NCBI GenBank assembly: GCA_963708075.1 | Contig: OY970194.1 | Coordinates: 2,592,001-2,656,000 of the forward strand | Origin: Sedimentisphaerales bacterium | Lineage (GTDB): Bacteria > Planctomycetota > Phycisphaerae > Sedimentisphaerales > Anaerobacaceae | Reading direction: 5' to 3' | Length of the DNA: 64,000 nt | Part shown: piece by piece, positions 21,143 through 32,035 of the stretch | Position numbering within the stretch: the first letter of the stretch is position 1 | How the letters are laid out: each line of letters opens with the position of its first letter | Program-made: the position numbers and the translations under genes | The notes under the pieces: model-generated | Told to the model about the DNA's origin: nothing | What the model saw: the letters and a program-made list of their open reading frames with translations, nothing else | Databases searched by the model: none

Positions 21143-22969
21143 ATGGCTGCGGTACACGAAATCACGCTTGAGTTGTTACGTGAGGGCCGGGCGCACAACC
21201 AACTGCTATCGGAGTTTACCCGATACCTTGCCATCTGTGGCGACGCATCCCCGGCGACGGTCAGCTTCGAGAACCGAGCACCGAGCGCTTCTCGATCGTC
21301 TCGATCACCTTCGATATCTGGACGTTCGCGAGGCGTCGCGTCAATCGGCGGTGCGCGAGCTCGGTGAGATCAGCGGTCGCTTTCTAAGCAGTATCCCGGA
21401 GCTCAACGCGGAGCTATCGAGCCGGGAAAGTGCCGACTCCGACATCGTCCACTTGAGATTGGTTCTGTTCGGTTCCGAGCTTGGATTGATACCATTCGAG
21501 TTAGCCACCCTCCCCGAGGGCTCCGTGGGCGAGGGCCTGCCGCTTCTTCTCCAGTCGGAAACGCCCGTCACCCTGACCCGCGAGGTACGCCGCTGCCGCC
21601 CAGTCCCCGTAAACTGGGACCGCAAGCCTCGGATTCTTTTTGTTTCTGCCGAGCCCGGGGACTCGAGGTGCCTGTCAGGGCGCACCTGGGGGCCTTGCGA
21701 CGCGCCCTGGAGCCATGGATCACGTGGGAGAAGACGCCGGAAGAGCGTCTGCGGCACGTGAACGAGTCGCTGACCGTTCTGACGGGAGCCAGCCTCGAAG
21801 CTATCCGGGACGCCTGTCGTTCCAAGCCTTTCACCCACGTTCATATCCTTGCCCATGGGATCCCCACCGAGGAGGCGGGCGAGAAGCGCTACGGCCTGGC
21901 GTTGAGCTCCAAGCGAGACCCTTCTTCACTCGATCGGATCACCGGACGGCAGATCGCCGTCGCACTCCGAGAGGGGCGACTGGGCCCTTCCGTGGTGACG
22001 CTCATGACGTGCGACAGTGGCAATCAGGCTTCGGTGCTGATCCCGGGCGGGAGCATCGCCCACGAGCTGCATGCGTTCGGCATTCCGTGGGTCATTGCAT
22101 CTCAGTTTCCTCTCACGAAGACAGGTTCCGTCACCGTCGTGCAGTCTCTCTACGAGGGTCTGCTCCGGGGTGACGATCCCAGGTTCGTGTTGCAGTCGGT
22201 GCGGCGGTCTCTTTACACACGAGCACACACCGACCACGATTGGGCCAGCCTCGTCGCCTATGCAACCTTGCCGCTCGATTTCGACCGGCAAGTTGCCGCA
22301 CTACGCGATCGACAACTGCGAACGGCCCTGGATGTCGCCCTCGACAAGGCAACGAAGACTCCGAGCGGCGATGAGGCCCTGGCGAACAGCCTGCAGCAGC
22401 TCGAACATCGACTTCTCGGCCTGTCGGAAAGCGACGAACTGGGGGCTCGTGCTGAGCGCTCCGAGTGGCTCGGTAAGAAAGCGGCGATTTCGAAGCTGCG
22501 AGCCGACATCCTGTACAAGCGAAAGCTGCCGACGGAAGCACGGGAACTGCTGCGCTCCTCTCGATCCTTGTATGGAAGGGCTCGGGAAGCGGATTTGAAC
22601 AACCATTGGGTCGCGACGCAGTTCCTCTCTTTGAGCGTCATTCTCGGCGAGAAGGTGGAGGACTTCTGGTGGGGCCTCGCTCGCTACAGTGCAGAGCAGA
22701 CGTTGCAGCGGGCTTCGAGCCTCGACCGGGCCTGGGCGCATGGGACGCTGGCGGAACTCGAAATGCTCAGCATCGTGAACGCCACGGATGGTATCCAGGA
22801 AATCCAGAAGAGGGTCAAGGAGCACTGTCGCGCGATCGTGCAGCTCGTCGGGAAAGATTCTTTCGTAGTCTTTTCGACGCGGCGGCAATTCACGCGGTAC
22901 ATAGAGTGGTGGGATTGCGATCAGTGGCGTCCGATCGCGCAAACGGCGGTCGAAGTCTTGAATGCCTGA
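21143..22969 (+). CDS. CHAT (caspase-like) protease with C-terminal TPR-like region; two compensating frameshifts (~21272, ~21660)
   Basis: ELGLIPFEL, ILFVSAEP, catalytic His (HVHILAHG) and Cys (LMTCDSG), VIASQFP, DWASLVAY. Three ORF pieces join into ~608 aa. Confidence 0.85.
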
Positions 22970-23086
22970 CTCACCCAATTACGCAATGATTCTTTGACGT
23001 ATTGTTTCTCTGATGGCCGTGACCGGGTGGACGCTCTTTCGGGCCACTTCCCCGCACAGACGGGAGAATAACCAGACATGGACGAG

Positions 23087-24922
23087 TCAATCTCCTTTCT
23101 CCGGGCCACCGGTCCAGTAGCGTGCGAAGACCGAGAAATCCCGCAGGTTCACGATGTCGTCGCCCGGCGGGCCCGAAAGGTCGGCCGCTGACGCCTCCGA
23201 GCGTTCCAGCCATCTCCCGCACAGGGTCCTGAGGTCCCGGAACCGCACGGCGGAGTCCCCGTCGAAGTCGGCCTTTACGGGGCAGGTCAGCTCGATGCCT
23301 TTGCCGGCGCCGAGATTACGCGAGTACTTCTTGTCGAGGGGATTGCTCCAGTGCTCGTGGACGCCGAGGCTCTCAAGCCGAACGCCATCACCATCAGGAT
23401 CATAGAATGTGCCTGAGGGCGGCCCGTCTGCCTTGGCCGCCTCTGTCAGGTAGTCGTCGGCCCCGCTCATGCGCGGGTAGTTCGACCACTCAGTCCACAG
23501 AAAGTCACAGCAAACGGAATCGATCGCCACCGGGTCCTGCGAGACGAAAACGCTCGACGGCCAGTCACCGCCGAATGGAAGAATGCTCCATGTCACAGGA
23601 TCGGACGACCAGTTCCGGCCGGCGAACAGGCCGTCCACAATGTACAGCAGTGTCTTGCCGCCGAGTTGGGGATGGCCCATGAGGTCCACGAGGGCCCGGT
23701 ATTTCCCTGTGCCGGAGGTATTCCTCGGCAGGCTGGTGTGCATGTCATAGTAGTTGTACCTCGTGCCCCGGAGCGTCCGATCGGGATTGCGGATCAGGGC
23801 GCCGTAAAGGTTCTTGCCGCAGACGGTGATTCCGCCCTGATCGTGACTCTTGAGAATGGCGAAATTGATGAAGTAGTCCGCCTCGGCGAACGACTTGGGC
23901 AGGAAATCCTGCTTCGTGCCGGCCGCCGCCTTCGTGCTCCAATAGAACGGGACATCGGAGAATTCCACCGCCGTCCGGCCATGCCCGCTGATGTTGGAGA
24001 GGTACTGGACTTCGGGAAACTCCGGATGAACCCTGTCGTAGATGAAACCGGGCATGATGCGGCCCGGATCGCCGATGCTGATGTCCTTCTGCGCGGCGCC
24101 GACCACGTTCACCAGTTGCCGAAGCAGTGCGGCGATCATCTGCGGCGAGTTGTCGATCCGATTCCTGTTCTCGGAGCGTTTCTCGAACGTGGTTGTGCTC
24201 GCGTTGTAGCAAAGCGTGTTGTTGATCTTGATAGCGATCTTCTCGCCCGGTGCAAAGCCGACGTCGCCCTTGCCGCGGGTTTGATTGAAGTGTCGAAGGA
24301 GTCTGTCCCAAGCCTCCTTGTCGGTGCTTTCGCCTGCCAGGCCGCGGATCGCTCGTGACACCATGCTCTGCACGACGTTGGGGTCCGTGTGCACATCATC
24401 ATACCAGGGCTCCAGCGAGCTGTATCCATCCCAGTCGGTGGCGTTCGGGTCGTGAATCCAGACAACCCGCCCCGGCTGCACGCCCCTGGCAACGCCCAGC
24501 GGCAGATTCGGCACAGGAGGGTTCGCAGCAGCAGGCTGCTCCACAGGATTCACAAGCAGCCATACGAAACCAACGCCAAGTCCCAGGCACATGACACCTG
24601 CAAGCAGTCTCGCACGAGTGAAATGTTGTCTCGCCCTGCGGAATGCGATGGCCGAGCCCGCCAGCCCCAGCAGCCACAGGACAAAGCTCGAAGCGAGCGG
24701 GAATGCCACCCTCTGGCATGGATACGCGGCCCGCGACGGTTTCGGGATCACCCGCAATAAGAACCATGCGACAGAGAACAGACCAATGATGGGAAAGAGA
24801 CATCGGATGAAGAGCCAATGAAGCCATCGAAGCCGGCAATAACGCCCCGCTTGCTCCCGGATGCCGTGTGCGCACACATTCGCATCCACGTGCCCTTTGC
24901 GTGCATCTGTCCGATGAGACAT
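23087..24922 (-). CDS. DUF362-domain protein with C-terminal dockerin-like tail
   Basis: RVIPKPSRAAYPCQR N-terminus, GRVVWIHDP, GEKIAIKIN, INFAILKSH, SQDPVAIDSV, GVHEHW; tail ADFDGDSAV...DDIVNLRDFSVFARYW. Confidence 0.8.
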   Translation of the reverse strand: MSHRTDARKGHVDANVCAHGIREQAGRYCRLRWLHWLFIRCLFPIIGLFSVAWFLLRVIPKPSRAAYPCQRVAFPLASSFVLWLLGLAGSAIAFRRARQHFTRARLLAGVMCLGLGVGFVWLLVNPVEQPAAANPPVPNLPLGVARGVQPGRVVWIHDPNATDWDGYSSLEPWYDDVHTDPNVVQSMVSRAIRGLAGESTDKEAWDRLLRHFNQTRGKGDVGFAPGEKIAIKINNTLCYNASTTTFEKRSENRNRIDNSPQMIAALLRQLVNVVGAAQKDISIGDPGRIMPGFIYDRVHPEFPEVQYLSNISGHGRTAVEFSDVPFYWSTKAAAGTKQDFLPKSFAEADYFINFAILKSHDQGGITVCGKNLYGALIRNPDRTLRGTRYNYYDMHTSLPRNTSGTGKYRALVDLMGHPQLGGKTLLYIVDGLFAGRNWSSDPVTWSILPFGGDWPSSVFVSQDPVAIDSVCCDFLWTEWSNYPRMSGADDYLTEAAKADGPPSGTFYDPDGDGVRLESLGVHEHWSNPLDKKYSRNLGAGKGIELTCPVKADFDGDSAVRFRDLRTLCGRWLERSEASAADLSGPPGDDIVNLRDFSVFARYWTGGPEKGD

Positions 24923-24988
24923 AGTTGCGCCCTCCAATATGGGTCGAGTGCTGCGCACTCGCCCGCCGCCTCGCTGCATCTGCAGTGA

Positions 24989-25510
24989 TTATCCGCCCAG
25001 AGGTTTGCTCGGCCGGCTGCACAGCCGCTGGATGTCCCGGGCGACAATCTCCGCCACCACGAGCTGCAATTCGCGCAAACCCTGTGGCGGCGACTCGATG
25101 ACGTGGGTCACTACGGCCGGACGCTCCGGTCGTATCTCGGGCTCCGTCTGTGCCTGGCCCGGCGCCTTCCTGCGTCTGGCCGCCATCTGCCGGTGCTCAG
25201 CCAAGACGTTCTCTGCCAAGTCAAACGTCGGGACCTCCACGGCGGCAGCCGGCGGCTCCACAGGGCTCGTATCTCCGGTGTCTGCCCCTGCCTTCTGCGA
25301 ACGGCGGCCCTTGCGTTCGCATCTTGGTGGCTGCACCTGCGATTGATCAAGCACCGGCTCCTTGGACGCATTCTCCGGCTGGTCCGCCTGTGCCGCATCC
25401 TGATTAAATGGGGGAATGACATCCGCCGCCCGGAGCACCCGTGGGCGTTTCGACCTCCTGTTGTCGTTTGTCTCTGCCACAGTCGCAGAACCTCCTCTGA
25501 AAGCATGCAA
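24989..25510 (-). CDS. Hypothetical protein
   Basis: Fills the gap in a co-oriented run of genes; low-complexity linker with protein-like blocks (VPTFDLAENVLAEHR, VAEIVARDIQRLC). Confidence 0.55.
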   Translation of the reverse strand: MHAFRGGSATVAETNDNRRSKRPRVLRAADVIPPFNQDAAQADQPENASKEPVLDQSQVQPPRCERKGRRSQKAGADTGDTSPVEPPAAAVEVPTFDLAENVLAEHRQMAARRRKAPGQAQTEPEIRPERPAVVTHVIESPPQGLRELQLVVAEIVARDIQRLCSRPSKPLGG

Positions 25511-25732
25511 CCGTATCGCGAGCGAGCCGTGCCGCCCCTCGCGTCACGGGATCATGACTCATGTCCTATAATCTTGCCGGAAATCGCTGGTCTTGTCGAG
25601 CTTTTTCTTCCAGGGCACGGACAGATTTCGCAGGTTCTACAACGGTTGATATCGGCCATCTGCCGCGAGATTCTGCAATCCCCGCAGATCGTTTCTTCGG
25701 GTCGGACTACTGGCGTGCGGGCAAAGCCACGC

Positions 25733-27536
25733 TCAATCGATCCGGCGGAGTTGGACGGCCTTGATGTCACAGGCCTGTTTGCCGGGGATATCCAGGGCCT
25801 TGAGGACCAGGCGGGTTTCGCCTGTGTCCAGGTCCACTGTGCCCAGGGTCAGCGGGGCCCACACCTTTTCGTAGACCTCGCCGCGGGGCACACGGTCGGG
25901 GCTGGGAATTGGGTCGGGATCGTGCGCCTTGTCAACCACCGCCTCCACCATCCGACCACCAACCTCGACGCGGAGCTTCGTGCCGAGGTTCTCCTGCGGA
26001 CAGACGTACATAAGCGTGACCTCGAACCGGCCGCGCTTGACCACTTTCAGCGGCCACCACGCATAGGCGCCGGTATCCGTCCAATTCGTGATCCAGTCGT
26101 TGGCCCAGCCGTTGGCGCCCTTGTAGCTGATGCCCTGTTTCGGGGCCGGATCGAGAAACGCCTCATGTCCCGGCAGCACGACCACGGGCCAGTCCGGATA
26201 GCCGACGTGGGTGGGGATCGGATCGAAGCCCGCCTTGGCTACGTCCCGGACCATGGCCTCGAATGCGTCACTCAGTCGCGTCACAACTTGTGGATGTCTC
26301 TCCGCGACATTGGCCTTTTGGCCAGGATCATCGATCATGTCATACAATTCCCACCGCTTGGGGCTCTTGATCGCCCGCCACCGCTGCGTGCGGACAGAGC
26401 CGCGGATATCCTCGCTATTGCCGGCGGGGGAATGGAACGTAAACAGCATGCGGTCGGGCCAGTCCTTATCATCGCCCCTGAGCAGTGGCACGAGACTCAG
26501 TCCATCCTGCGGCAGCGTCTCGGGCATCGGCAATCCGCACAGTTCCATGATCGTGGGGAACAGGTCGATGTTGGCCGCAATCTGCTTGACTTCCGTGTTC
26601 GGCTTGATGCCTGCCGAGCTGCGGATGAACAGCGGCACTCGAACGCCACCCTCGTCGATGCTGCCCTTGCGGCCCTTCATGTCGCCGTCGTAGCGGTCGG
26701 AATTGGCTCCGTTGTCGGTGAGGAAGAGTACGATCGTGCGATCCCTCAGATCGAGAGCGTCGAGGCGCCGCAGCAGTCTGCCGACGTTGTCGTCGATGTT
26801 CTCGCACATGCCGTAGATGCAGGCAAGCTGATCGTCCAGGGCGCGGGCCTTGTACTTGTCGAAATACTTGTCCGGGACCTGAAGCGGAGCATGCGGGGCA
26901 TTGTACGCTACATAGCAGAGGAACGGCCTATCTTTGTTCTTCTCGATGAACTCGATCCCCGCGTCGGTGAGCACGTCACTGATGTAGCCGCGGGTCTTGA
27001 CGGGCTTGCCATTGCGCTCCAGAGTCGTGTCGAAGTAATTGTTCCAGTGGCCTGCGCAGAAGCCCAGAAACTCATCGAATCCCTGGCCATTGGGATTGTG
27101 CGGGTAGTGCGCTCCATTGTGCCACTTGCCGAAGCAGCCGGTGACATAGCCGGCCTTCTTCATCGCCTCGGCCAGGGTTACTTCCTCCTCGCGCATCGTC
27201 TCGTAGGTGCGTGTGACGCCATGCACACCGGTCCGCAGGTGATAGCGGCCCGTCAGCAGACCCGCCCGGGTCGGCGCAGACCGGGCTGACAAAGAACCGG
27301 TCGAACCTGGCGCCTTCGGAGGCCAGTCTGTCCAACACCGGGGTGTCGATCCTGTCGTTGCCGTGCGAGTGGAAGTCGCCCCAGCCCTGGTCGTCGGTTA
27401 CGATCAGCAGGACGTTCGGCCGGGTGTTCTTCTCGGAGCGAGCCATTCCCAGACACCCCTGGAGGCTGCCGGCGACCGTCCCGCAGGCGACTGCGCCGGT
27501 GACTTGGAGGAACTGCCTTCTGCTTGGATGACTCAT
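25733..27536 (-). CDS. Tat-exported arylsulfatase (S1); apparent frameshift at ~27275
   Basis: SRRQFL, PNVLLIVTDDQGWGD, GKWHNG, KGSIDEGGVRVP. Restoring GC recreates the formylglycine motif CAPTR. Confidence 0.9.
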
Positions 27537-29287
27537 GAAATCCGCCTCACATATATGAAGTACGCGCCGCGCGACGTGCCATCGTCGGCAGTCAGCCATG
27601 TTTGCAGTTTCATTCTACCCGGTTCCAGCCGAACACGGAATGTCACCAGCCTGGCATCGTCAGCAACCGACAGGCTCAGGTCAAGGGAGCCAATTGTCAG
27701 TCGAGCCGTATTCGTCCGAATAGCCCGGCCGCCGGGGATCGGAGCGTTAATCGGCGCATCCACCTCTGTCGGCCAGCGACGCAGCGAGAATTCGTATTCG
27801 CCTGTCCGCGCCACTTCCACGGCCCAGAAGCCATTGGCTTCGGTCCCTTTGAGGATGTGCGTCTGGTCCCACGGGGGCAGATCACCGCCGTGCCAGTCGT
27901 GGCAAGTGAGCCGGCTGGGATTCTCTTTGTCGGAGCCGATGACGAGTTCGCAATACTCATCGAATCGCGGCGAGATGTCCCCCCACCACTTCTCATACAC
28001 CTCGCGCAAAGCCTTCACCGCATCGGGGTGCTCACCACCAACATCATTCTTCTGACCTCGGTCGGCATGGATATCGTACAGTTCTCTGCCGTTGACGAGC
28101 CGCCAGCGGTCGGTCATGACGGCAGAGTGACGCCATTTCTCCGGATGCTCGATGCGCTGTGAGTCAGCAATGAGGGTGCGGTCCGGCCAACTGCTATCAC
28201 GCCCTTGCAGCAGCAGCAAGAGACTCGTCCCGTCGAATTTCACGCCCTTTGGCATTGTCAGCCCGCATGCCGCGATCAGCGTCGGCAGTAGATCGATGTG
28301 GGCTGTAAGGCGAGCCACGTCCTTGCCGCCAGTGAGACCGCCCGCGGGCCAGTGGATAAAGCACGGGACTCGATGGCCGCCGTCGTACTCGCTGCCCTTG
28401 GCCCCGCGCATGGCGGCGTTGAACCCCCTGCCGGCCTGAAAGCCCGCGGCGGTGCCGTTGTCCGTCATAAAAATGAGGATCGTGTTCTCTTCGAGGCCGA
28501 GGGCTTTGAGCCTGCCGAGGAGCCGGCCCATGTTCTCGTCGATATTCGTGATCATGCCGTAGAAATTGGCGTTCGGGACATCCTTGCCCGCGTAGAGGCT
28601 GCTGTATCGCTCAGGGACATTGTACGGGGCGTGCGGCGCGTTCGTGGCCAGGTACGCGAAGAATGGCCGATCGCGATTGGCTTCGATGAATTGCGTCGCC
28701 GCGTCGAACCAGACGTCCGTACAGTAGCCGGCGTGCTTCTCCGGCGTGCCGTTATGCCAGTACGTGTCGTCGAAGTAGTCGTTGCCCCAATAGTCCGGCG
28801 TCTGACCGACCCCGCCGCCGCCGTGAACCAGGACTTCCTGGAAGCCGCGATCCTGCGGCCGGAATGGATAGTTGTCCCCCAGGTGCCATTTGCCGAAGAT
28901 GCCCGTGCGGTAGCCGCCGGCCGCAAAGATGTCGGCCATGGTCACTTCATCCCTGCGAAGCAGCGAGCGGCCCATGACCGTGTGCCACACGCCGGTCCGG
29001 TTACAGTAGCGCCCCGTCATCAGGGACGCCCGCGTCGGTGAACATGTGGGGCTCGCGTGAAAATCGGTGAGGCGGATACTCTGCCGATACAGCGCGTCGA
29101 TATTCGGCGTTCGGAGGACCAAGTTGCCGTGACAGACGAGATCACCGTAGCCTTGGTCATCCGTGAGAACCAGAACCACGTTTGGCGGCCTGGCCTCTCT
29201 CGTGGATGAGTCTGGCCGGACGCTGCCAATCAGGGCACCGCAAGCGGCCGCGCCGACAGTCCACAGGAATTGCCTTCTGCTTTCCAC
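27533..29287 (-). CDS. Tat-exported arylsulfatase (S1)
   Basis: SRRQFL, PNVVLVLTDDQGYGD, CSPTRASLMTGR, GKWHLG, KGSEYDGGHRVP. Confidence 0.93.
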   Translation of the reverse strand: MESRRQFLWTVGAAACGALIGSVRPDSSTREARPPNVVLVLTDDQGYGDLVCHGNLVLRTPNIDALYRQSIRLTDFHASPTCSPTRASLMTGRYCNRTGVWHTVMGRSLLRRDEVTMADIFAAGGYRTGIFGKWHLGDNYPFRPQDRGFQEVLVHGGGGVGQTPDYWGNDYFDDTYWHNGTPEKHAGYCTDVWFDAATQFIEANRDRPFFAYLATNAPHAPYNVPERYSSLYAGKDVPNANFYGMITNIDENMGRLLGRLKALGLEENTILIFMTDNGTAAGFQAGRGFNAAMRGAKGSEYDGGHRVPCFIHWPAGGLTGGKDVARLTAHIDLLPTLIAACGLTMPKGVKFDGTSLLLLLQGRDSSWPDRTLIADSQRIEHPEKWRHSAVMTDRWRLVNGRELYDIHADRGQKNDVGGEHPDAVKALREVYEKWWGDISPRFDEYCELVIGSDKENPSRLTCHDWHGGDLPPWDQTHILKGTEANGFWAVEVARTGEYEFSLRRWPTEVDAPINAPIPGGRAIRTNTARLTIGSLDLSLSVADDARLVTFRVRLEPGRMKLQTWLTADDGTSRGAYFIYVRRIS

Positions 29288-29324
29288 AGCGTCCCCTACC
29301 GACTAACACCGCGACCAGTACCAA

Positions 29325-30551
29325 TCAGGGGGTGGTCGCCGGGCCGAGGATGTACTGCGTGTAACTGTTCAGATCGATTTGACGAATGAACGAGTTGACC
29401 TGGCCTGCCTCCACCGCCTTGACCGCCTCCACATCCCGCTCGATGGAGCGATACTCGCCCAGGTACATCCAGTGAAAGCCCAGATCGACCAGGCGGCCCA
29501 TCGGCACTTCGTTCTTGATTACCAGCGCGCTGAGAACCTTGTTCTTCGCCTTGGCCAATTCCTCGTCAGCGATTCCTTTCTCGGTCAGGTCGCGGAAGAT
29601 GCCGTTGACGATGTCCATCACCCTGCCGGCATTTTCCGTGCCGGAGCAGAGATAAGTGTAGAACAGGCCGGTCCCGTCCATCGGACCGAAGTGCATCGCC
29701 GCCTCCTCGACGAGGGCCTTGTCCACCAGCTCCCAGTAGAATCGCGAGCCATAGTCATCGCCGATAATGAGGCTCAGCATCGCTGCGGCGAACCGCCGCG
29801 GGTCCTGGGCGGAGACGCCCGTGTGGATCAAGCAGATGTGCTCGCGTTTCAGGTTCGCCTTGTCGGCCCGCGCCTTCTGCTTCGTGCCCGGGAAATCGGA
29901 CAGCGGCCGCTCCACCGCCTGCGCCGGCCATCGGCCTGCCGTCGCCTCCAATGTCGCGACAAACCGGTCCCAATCAAAATTCCCCGTGCACGCGACGACC
30001 ATGTTGTTCGGGGCGTAGCGATTCGAGAAGTACTCGCGCATCTGTGCCGCCGTCAGAGCATCGATCGTTTCCGCGGTCCCGAGGACACTGCGTCCACATG
30101 GGTGCGTTCCGAAATGCAGGCTGCGGCACCGGTCCACTACGTCGAACGTCGGCGCATCCTGGTACATCGCGATCTCTTCCTTGATGACGTTCTTCTCGAT
30201 GTTGAAGTCTTCATCGCGCAGCGCCGGCCGCATCAGCTCCGCCCACAACTCCGTGACATCGATCAGGTACTCCGGCAGCACGGCGGCGTAGAAGACCGTC
30301 TGCTCTTCGCTGGTGAAAGCGTTGAACTGCGCGCCGCGGCTGTCGAATGCCTCGTTGACCTCAAGAGAGTTGAGCCGCTCCGTGCCCTTGAACAGCATGT
30401 GCTCCAGGAAGTGCGACACACCGTTGATCTGCAGGCTTTCGTCCCTCGCCCCGGCCCGGACGAAGAACCCGATGGCCGCGGATTTTGCCGCCGGATTGAT
30501 CTCCCCGATCACGACAAGACCGTTGGGCAGTGTTTTCTGCTGAAACTGCAT
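29325..30551 (-). CDS. M16 family zinc peptidase, catalytic subunit
   Basis: Inverted zinc motif GVSHFLEHMLFKG, NAFTS, EKNVIKEEI. Confidence 0.92.
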   Translation of the reverse strand: MQFQQKTLPNGLVVIGEINPAAKSAAIGFFVRAGARDESLQINGVSHFLEHMLFKGTERLNSLEVNEAFDSRGAQFNAFTSEEQTVFYAAVLPEYLIDVTELWAELMRPALRDEDFNIEKNVIKEEIAMYQDAPTFDVVDRCRSLHFGTHPCGRSVLGTAETIDALTAAQMREYFSNRYAPNNMVVACTGNFDWDRFVATLEATAGRWPAQAVERPLSDFPGTKQKARADKANLKREHICLIHTGVSAQDPRRFAAAMLSLIIGDDYGSRFYWELVDKALVEEAAMHFGPMDGTGLFYTYLCSGTENAGRVMDIVNGIFRDLTEKGIADEELAKAKNKVLSALVIKNEVPMGRLVDLGFHWMYLGEYRSIERDVEAVKAVEAGQVNSFIRQIDLNSYTQYILGPATTP

Positions 30552-30555
30552 CGCT

Positions 30556-31788
30556 TTATCCAAAACGGAGCTCCCTGGGCCCGATGGTGACCACCGTAAA
30601 GTCCTTGAACGGATTGCTTCTGAGAAAGCCGAGCACAGACCCGACACTGCGGGCCTCAATCTTTTCCTTGACTTCGTCCAGCGTCCGCACCCTGCCAAGC
30701 ATGTAGTAGTCGCTGCCGATGGAGCCGGACCGGCTGCTGGACGACTCGCTCTGCATGATCAGCGCAGATTTGAGGCCGATCTTGGCCCGCTCCAGCTCCG
30801 GCTCGCTGATCCCCTCCGCCAGCCGGTTGAACTCGCTCAGGATGACGTCGAGTGTTTCCTGGGCCTTGTCCGGCGTGGTTCCGGCATAGCACGAGATCCC
30901 CGCCGCCTCCTTGAGCGAGTGGTACCTGGCGCCGATGGCGTAACACAGGCCTCGCTTCTCGCGGACCTCCGTGAACAGGCGCGAGCTCATGCCACCCGAC
31001 AATACGGAGACCGCCGCCCTGGTGTCATAGTACCCCTCGTCCACGAACCTGGCGGTAGGAGTCATCAGCCCGATATGCACCTGCGCACCGTCGTGGGGGA
31101 TATGCGTGTACCTTGGCCCACGCGGCCCGACCACAATCGGGCTCAGCGGCTCGCCCTGCTGCGGCCCGAACACGCTCTCGACCTGCCGGCAGACGGCGTC
31201 AAAATCGTACTTGCCTGCCACGGAGAAGATCACCCGTGGAATGTTGAGGTAATTTTTGGCGAGTTCCCGGGTTCTTGCAGCGGTCAGCGTCTGCAGGTCG
31301 CCAAGCTCGCCCGCCGTGCTGCGACCCAGGGGGTCGGGATAAAACCGCTTACGCAGCTCCAGCATCACTTTCTGCCGGGGCTCATCGTCCAGCCCATGCA
31401 GTTCCTCGATCACGAGCTGTCTGGCCGGCTCGAACTGTTCGTCACTCAAGTGAGGATTGAGAATAATGTCGGAGTACAAGGCCAGCGCCTGTGCGAGGTT
31501 GCTCGACTCCAGGGCGGCCCCGATGTACATGTGCGAGCTGCCGACGGAACTTGATCGGTGCAGCCCCAGACCATCCAGGGCATCGCCGAGCTTACGGCTA
31601 TCCCAGGGCCCCGCCCCGCGGAAGATCCAGTCGGAAATGATGTTCGCCGCCCCGCAACAGCCTGGTGGCATCCATGCCACCCCCGCCGGGAGCATGAAGT
31701 CGAACGCCACAGACTCCACCCCTGCCATCGGCTCGCCCAACAGCACCATGCCGTTCGCCAGCACGTACGTATCTATCCGCTGCTCCAT
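30556..31788 (-). CDS. M16 family peptidase, non-catalytic partner subunit
   Basis: M16 fold without HxxEH; LSGGMSSRLFTEVREKRGLCY; adjacent to the catalytic subunit. Confidence 0.88.
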   Translation of the reverse strand: MEQRIDTYVLANGMVLLGEPMAGVESVAFDFMLPAGVAWMPPGCCGAANIISDWIFRGAGPWDSRKLGDALDGLGLHRSSSVGSSHMYIGAALESSNLAQALALYSDIILNPHLSDEQFEPARQLVIEELHGLDDEPRQKVMLELRKRFYPDPLGRSTAGELGDLQTLTAARTRELAKNYLNIPRVIFSVAGKYDFDAVCRQVESVFGPQQGEPLSPIVVGPRGPRYTHIPHDGAQVHIGLMTPTARFVDEGYYDTRAAVSVLSGGMSSRLFTEVREKRGLCYAIGARYHSLKEAAGISCYAGTTPDKAQETLDVILSEFNRLAEGISEPELERAKIGLKSALIMQSESSSSRSGSIGSDYYMLGRVRTLDEVKEKIEARSVGSVLGFLRSNPFKDFTVVTIGPRELRFG

Positions 31789-32035
31789 GCTCACCCGCAA
31801 AAGTTGTCCCTATGTCCACCCTGCGAACCGCCACGGATCCACTAGAGGCACTGCATTCTAACAACACCCATGCCCCCCTACAATCAGGATTTCCCCAACG
31901 GGCCATGGTGGATCTGTCTCCCCTGATTATACAAGTACGGCGTATCCACACGGCAACGAGGGTGAGCATCCCAGCGCTTCCCGCTTTCGCGGGAATGATA
32001 TGAGAAAGCCTCGGGCCTCGTTGTGTCAGCGGCTC

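Noticed and set aside
10178..22969. Assignment to Thoeris, CBASS or canonical Avs
   Set aside because: No ThsA (SIR2/Macro/SLOG) or CD-NTase is visible, and MoxR/vWA linkage is not part of those systems as I know them.
22993..23001. TTTGACGTA at the island's right edge, an inverted copy of TACGTCAAA next to the tRNA
   Set aside because: Only 9 bp and contains a -35-like hexamer; not enough to call a boundary site.
29325..31788. M16 gene lacking HxxEH as a possible degenerate gene
   Set aside because: Active/inactive heterodimeric M16B pairs are common and well known.
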